Under the pieces are notes generated by a model that had not been told where the DNA came from, searched no databases, and saw nothing but the letters and a program-made list of their open reading frames with translations. Shown one piece after another: positions 60,490 through 64,000 of a DNA stretch of 64,000 nucleotides (position 1 is the stretch's first letter; every line of letters starts with the position of its first letter). Source of the stretch: an uncultured Pseudomonadota bacterium (GTDB lineage: Bacteria > Pseudomonadota > Alphaproteobacteria > Rs-D84). The stretch covers positions 104,968 through 168,967 of the forward strand of contig CAMZIQ010000001.1 of NCBI GenBank assembly GCA_947307295.1. The letters are read 5' to 3'. Position numbers and translations under genes: made by a program.

Positions 60490-61200
60490 CTAGAAGCTAT
60501 AACGAATCCCAGCAGACAAAGTATTTTCCATGATAAAGCCCATTTCGGTTTTTAAATAATCCCCACCAACATCTATTTTTATATCATTACCATGGGTAAG
60601 CGCAAAACGATAACGCAAATCAATACTAACAGAATCATCTAAATCATAAGACCATCCAAACATCAACGCCCCCATTGGCGCAATATGACTATCTTTCTTT
60701 TCGTTTATCCAAGTACTATCAATCGTCACATTTATCATTGACAATCCCAGCCCAGCACCAACATACAAACCATTATCAAAATCATAATATCCATTAGCCA
60801 TTAGATACGACATAGCCATACTAAATTCACTTTTTTCCGGATCTGGATAATATTCAGTTTCCGATTCAGAATATTTACCCAAATATCCCAATTCTATATC
60901 TGCCCGCATATCATTATCGAATTTATATCCAACCACAAAATCAGCACCCAGCACAGATTTAAAACTAAAATCATCAGAACCCGATTCTGTTGCGTTGCTG
61001 TATTTGTTTTTCCAATTCAAAAAAGATAAATCAGCATGTAAACCCATGTAATATTTTTTTGCTGTTTCGCCCATCTTGGTAGCATATTTAACATTGACAT
61101 CACCATACATATTTTTAACATAAAAATGATCGTCAGAATTTTTCGCAAACGCCATTATTGGCAAAGAACAAATCAACAAAGCTGATAAAATTTTTTTCAT
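60490..61200 (-). CDS. Outer membrane beta-barrel protein (OmpW/OmpA-like small barrel)
   Basis: Signal peptide MKKILSALLICSLPIMAFA. Alternating strands. C-terminal RYSF. Confidence 0.6.
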   Translation of the reverse strand: MKKILSALLICSLPIMAFAKNSDDHFYVKNMYGDVNVKYATKMGETAKKYYMGLHADLSFLNWKNKYSNATESGSDDFSFKSVLGADFVVGYKFDNDMRADIELGYLGKYSESETEYYPDPEKSEFSMAMSYLMANGYYDFDNGLYVGAGLGLSMINVTIDSTWINEKKDSHIAPMGALMFGWSYDLDDSVSIDLRYRFALTHGNDIKIDVGGDYLKTEMGFIMENTLSAGIRYSF

Positions 61201-61328
61201 AACTCCCCCACATATTTATATGGGATATTATATCACTCAAAAACCTATTTTACCAATCTTTATTTTTCAGGCATAATTGTATGTAAAAAGCCTTGCTCAT
61301 GGTAATTTTTTTTACTATGATAACAGGC

Positions 61329-62120
61329 ATGACGGAAGACAAGACAATAATATCTTTTGCGAATATATCTGCAAACTATGATGGTAAACATGATGTGTTA
61401 TCAGATGTGTCTTTTAATATCAGCAATGGCGCTTTTTATTTTCTAACGGGTGCCAGCGGTGCTGGTAAAACAACTTTGTTGCGTCTAATTTATCAATTAC
61501 ATCAACCTTCTTCTGGAACAATACGATTGTTTGGTCAAGATTGTCATGGTTTATCCAGAAACGATATATCTTCTTTGCGTCATAAAATGGCGATTGTTTT
61601 TCAAGGATATTCGTTAATTTCTCATATGACTGTATTTGATAATGTTGCTTTGCCATTACGTGTTCGCGGTGTTCCGAATGATAAGATAAAAAAACTGGTG
61701 ACAAAAACGCTGGAATGGGTTGGACTTGGCAAGTATGCAAAGGCTTTTCCCATGGAATTAAGCGGTGGTCAACAACAACGTGTATCTGTCGCACGTGCTA
61801 TAATTATCCAACCTGAAATTTTATTGGCTGACGAACCGACTGGAAATCTAGACGATGAAAACGCATCCAGATTGATGGAACTATTCGTTCAGATGAATAA
61901 AATGTTTGGAACAACTATTATATTGGCAACACATAATAAAAAATTATTGGAAACCTATAAATTTCCGGTAATTACGGTTGATAACCATCATGTATCATTT
62001 TCCAGCGCAAACGATAAAAAAACTTTTTCTGGCGAACACACTCGTCAATGGAAGGGTCCACAACCACAAAACTATTTTGCAGATTTATCAAAACAACTTG
62101 AAGAAATTGGAAAGGCATAA
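61329..62120 (+). CDS. ftsE: Cell division ATP-binding protein FtsE (the start could also be the Met at 61293 or 61317)
   Basis: Walker A GASGAGKTT, signature LSGGQQQR, Walker B LLADEPTGNLD. Immediately followed by the FtsX-like permease. Confidence 0.8.
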   Translation: MTEDKTIISFANISANYDGKHDVLSDVSFNISNGAFYFLTGASGAGKTTLLRLIYQLHQPSSGTIRLFGQDCHGLSRNDISSLRHKMAIVFQGYSLISHMTVFDNVALPLRVRGVPNDKIKKLVTKTLEWVGLGKYAKAFPMELSGGQQQRVSVARAIIIQPEILLADEPTGNLDDENASRLMELFVQMNKMFGTTIILATHNKKLLETYKFPVITVDNHHVSFSSANDKKTFSGEHTRQWKGPQPQNYFADLSKQLEEIGKA

Positions 62121-62959
62121 TGAAAAAAAACACACTCGTATTTTCTATTGTTCGTGAACAATCTATATTTATGACGGTTGTTATATCTGTTTTGACTTTC
62201 TTATCTGTTTTGGCATTTGGTATTGCTTTATCAATTGGCACAGGTGTATCCCGCTGGAACAATCAATGGGAAAAATATGCAACTGTCCAGGTTATCGCGC
62301 CTGAACAAAGTGCAAATGTGAAAAAAATATTTGAAGAAAATATGAACAAAATCGAATCAGTTCATGAAATTTCTAAATCAGAAATGGAACACATGATGAA
62401 ATCTTGGATATCCAGCGGTGCAAAAATTAATAACTATTTGCCACAAATGTTTGAAATCAAATTAAAAAATTCAAAAGACATGCAATTGTTAAGGGACCAG
62501 ATTTCCAGCAAGGCAAAATTTTTACCACATTCGGCAGCGTTAAAAACTTCGGTTGTTGCGGGATGGAAATTGGTGTCTATAACAATACTGGTAATGATAT
62601 TGATGTTGGTATCCATCGGCGTATGTGTATCTTGTATATCTCGAAATATTGCAATGTTGCACAAACATGAACTGGAAATATTAAACCAAGTCGGCGCAAC
62701 AGATAAATTTATCGCAAAACAAATGCAAATCATCGTCGCAAAGATAAGTTCTATCGCATGCGCCATAGGTTTTGTCATAGCAATACCTGTTATAAGTTTA
62801 ATTTTATCTACGGCTCATTCGGCACGTGTCGGATTATTGGCGACATTAACATTATCTTTTGGTGATATAATCGCGTTGTGCGCGCTGCCTGTGCTGATAG
62901 TAATATTTTCTATACACATAACAAAAAACACCACATTAAAAATATTGTCTGGCAAATGA
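62120..62959 (+). CDS. ftsX: Cell division permease FtsX
   Basis: One N-terminal TM, a periplasmic loop and three C-terminal TMs. Start overlaps the ftsE stop. Confidence 0.75.
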   Translation: MKKNTLVFSIVREQSIFMTVVISVLTFLSVLAFGIALSIGTGVSRWNNQWEKYATVQVIAPEQSANVKKIFEENMNKIESVHEISKSEMEHMMKSWISSGAKINNYLPQMFEIKLKNSKDMQLLRDQISSKAKFLPHSAALKTSVVAGWKLVSITILVMILMLVSIGVCVSCISRNIAMLHKHELEILNQVGATDKFIAKQMQIIVAKISSIACAIGFVIAIPVISLILSTAHSARVGLLATLTLSFGDIIALCALPVLIVIFSIHITKNTTLKILSGK

Positions 62960-63465
62960 TTAAATATATTCCTGTATCTTTAGTATTTATATGCTGTTTC
63001 ATATTCGGTGGAATTATGTTTAAATCTGTCACCCCACCCAGATGTGAATCTTTGATACAAGATGATACTATATTTGTATTAACGGGTGATGAACGCCGTA
63101 TACCGTACGCATTGAAAAAACTAGATAATTTGCAATACGGCAATCTTTATATCATCGGTGCTGGGGCGTATAATATCACAGAACGCGCACACGTGAAAAT
63201 CGAAACACAATCTAAATCTACGTACCAAAATTCATTGGCTATAAAAAAAATAGTAGAACAAAAACATTTAAATCGTATTGTCATAATAACAACCGAAGAT
63301 CACATGAATCGTTCACTATACCTATTACGCGAAGTATTACCAGAAACAGATATTATTCCATGTCCGGCTTCACTGGTTGGGATGCCGACACCTGCACGCG
63401 TGAAACGTTGGGGATTGGAATATATAAAATATATTGTGACTATGTTCGGGATAAAGGAAAGTTAA
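62956..63465 (+). CDS. DUF218 (YdcF/SanA/ElyC-like) domain protein (start at MIKYIP; ATGA overlap with ftsX)
   Basis: IFVLTGDERRIPYAL...IITTEDHMNRSLYLL is typical of the DUF218 family. Confidence 0.55.
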   Translation: MIKYIPVSLVFICCFIFGGIMFKSVTPPRCESLIQDDTIFVLTGDERRIPYALKKLDNLQYGNLYIIGAGAYNITERAHVKIETQSKSTYQNSLAIKKIVEQKHLNRIVIITTEDHMNRSLYLLREVLPETDIIPCPASLVGMPTPARVKRWGLEYIKYIVTMFGIKES

Positions 63466-63469
63466 AAAC

Positions 63470-64000
63470 ATGTTAAGAACTTTTATATTTAAAATCGCTC
63501 TTTTTGTATGGTTTGTTTTATGGGCACCATTGTTAATCATCGGATTAATATCACAAAAACTTGAACGTGCATTCATTTTAGCTGATGCGTGGGGCGTATT
63601 ATTTTTAACTCGTGTTATCTGTGGCATCAAATATGAAATACACTACCCATTACTAGACGATGAAAACGGAATACCTTTTAAACACAATATTAACCAACGC
63701 TTGGATGGTCGCGCAATTATCGCGGCAAAACATATGTCTATGTTAGAAGTTGCGATTTTGGTCACGCACGTTCCTAATTATTTCTTTATTATAAAACGTG
63801 AATTATTATGGATACCAATTTACGGTTGGGCGTTTAAAAGAATCGGACTTATTGGTGTAAATCGCAAACCAGGCGCAACAAATATGAACATATTAACCGA
63901 AAAAGTGACCAGAAATATCATGAAAGGAATGACATTGATAATATTCCCCGAAGGCACACGTGTGGCACCTGGTCAAAAGATAAAATTAAAACGAGGATTG
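63470..64000 (+). CDS. plsC: Partial CDS: 1-acyl-sn-glycerol-3-phosphate acyltransferase (PlsC family); continues past window end
   Basis: Acyltransferase motifs AAKHMSMLE (HX4D/E-like) and FPEGTR. No stop before position 64000. Confidence 0.7.
   Translation, partial: MLRTFIFKIALFVWFVLWAPLLIIGLISQKLERAFILADAWGVLFLTRVICGIKYEIHYPLLDDENGIPFKHNINQRLDGRAIIAAKHMSMLEVAILVTHVPNYFFIIKRELLWIPIYGWAFKRIGLIGVNRKPGATNMNILTEKVTRNIMKGMTLIIFPEGTRVAPGQKIKLKRGL

Overview
AT-rich bacterial chromosomal window that looks alphaproteobacterial. The evidence is a CcrM-type N6-adenine methyltransferase with a C-terminal extension, the gene order rpsL-rpsG-fusA-tuf followed directly by the S10 operon, and rpsM-rpsK-rpoA-rplQ without rpsD. 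The centre of the window (about 22.4-42.3 kb, minus strand) is the complete str/S10/spc/alpha ribosomal-protein supercluster, with secY, tuf, fusA and rpoA. Flanking housekeeping genes are infA, clpP-clpX, pgk, rnhB, slt, nrdR, mltG, fabF-acpP, lepA, rbfA, ftsEX and a partial plsC. The conserved core also carries lineage-specific material. (1) A paralogous family of very large, signal-peptide-bearing, cysteine-rich secreted proteins, with at least four clear members, one divergent member and a different CXXC-repeat member. One of these is inserted between rpsK and rpoA behind its own terminator. (2) A small unknown ORF and a repeated 20-bp hairpin element inside the spc operon. (3) Two tRNA-Pro genes surrounded by partial copies of tRNA 3' ends and a 162-bp tandem repeat, next to an integrase that seems to lack the catalytic tyrosine region; these look like integration/excision scars. 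(4) A GC-rich, highly palindromic 430-bp intergenic block and a (TG)11 microsatellite. (5) A radical-SAM protein, a K/E-repeat protein and an ABC exporter cluster, next to one of two paralogous unknown proteins. (6) A secreted-protein cluster containing YcfL-like and LpoB-like lipoproteins and a CsgG-like secreted protein. I saw no rRNA and no CRISPR array. All calls come from reading the sequence and the ORF translations; no database search was possible.
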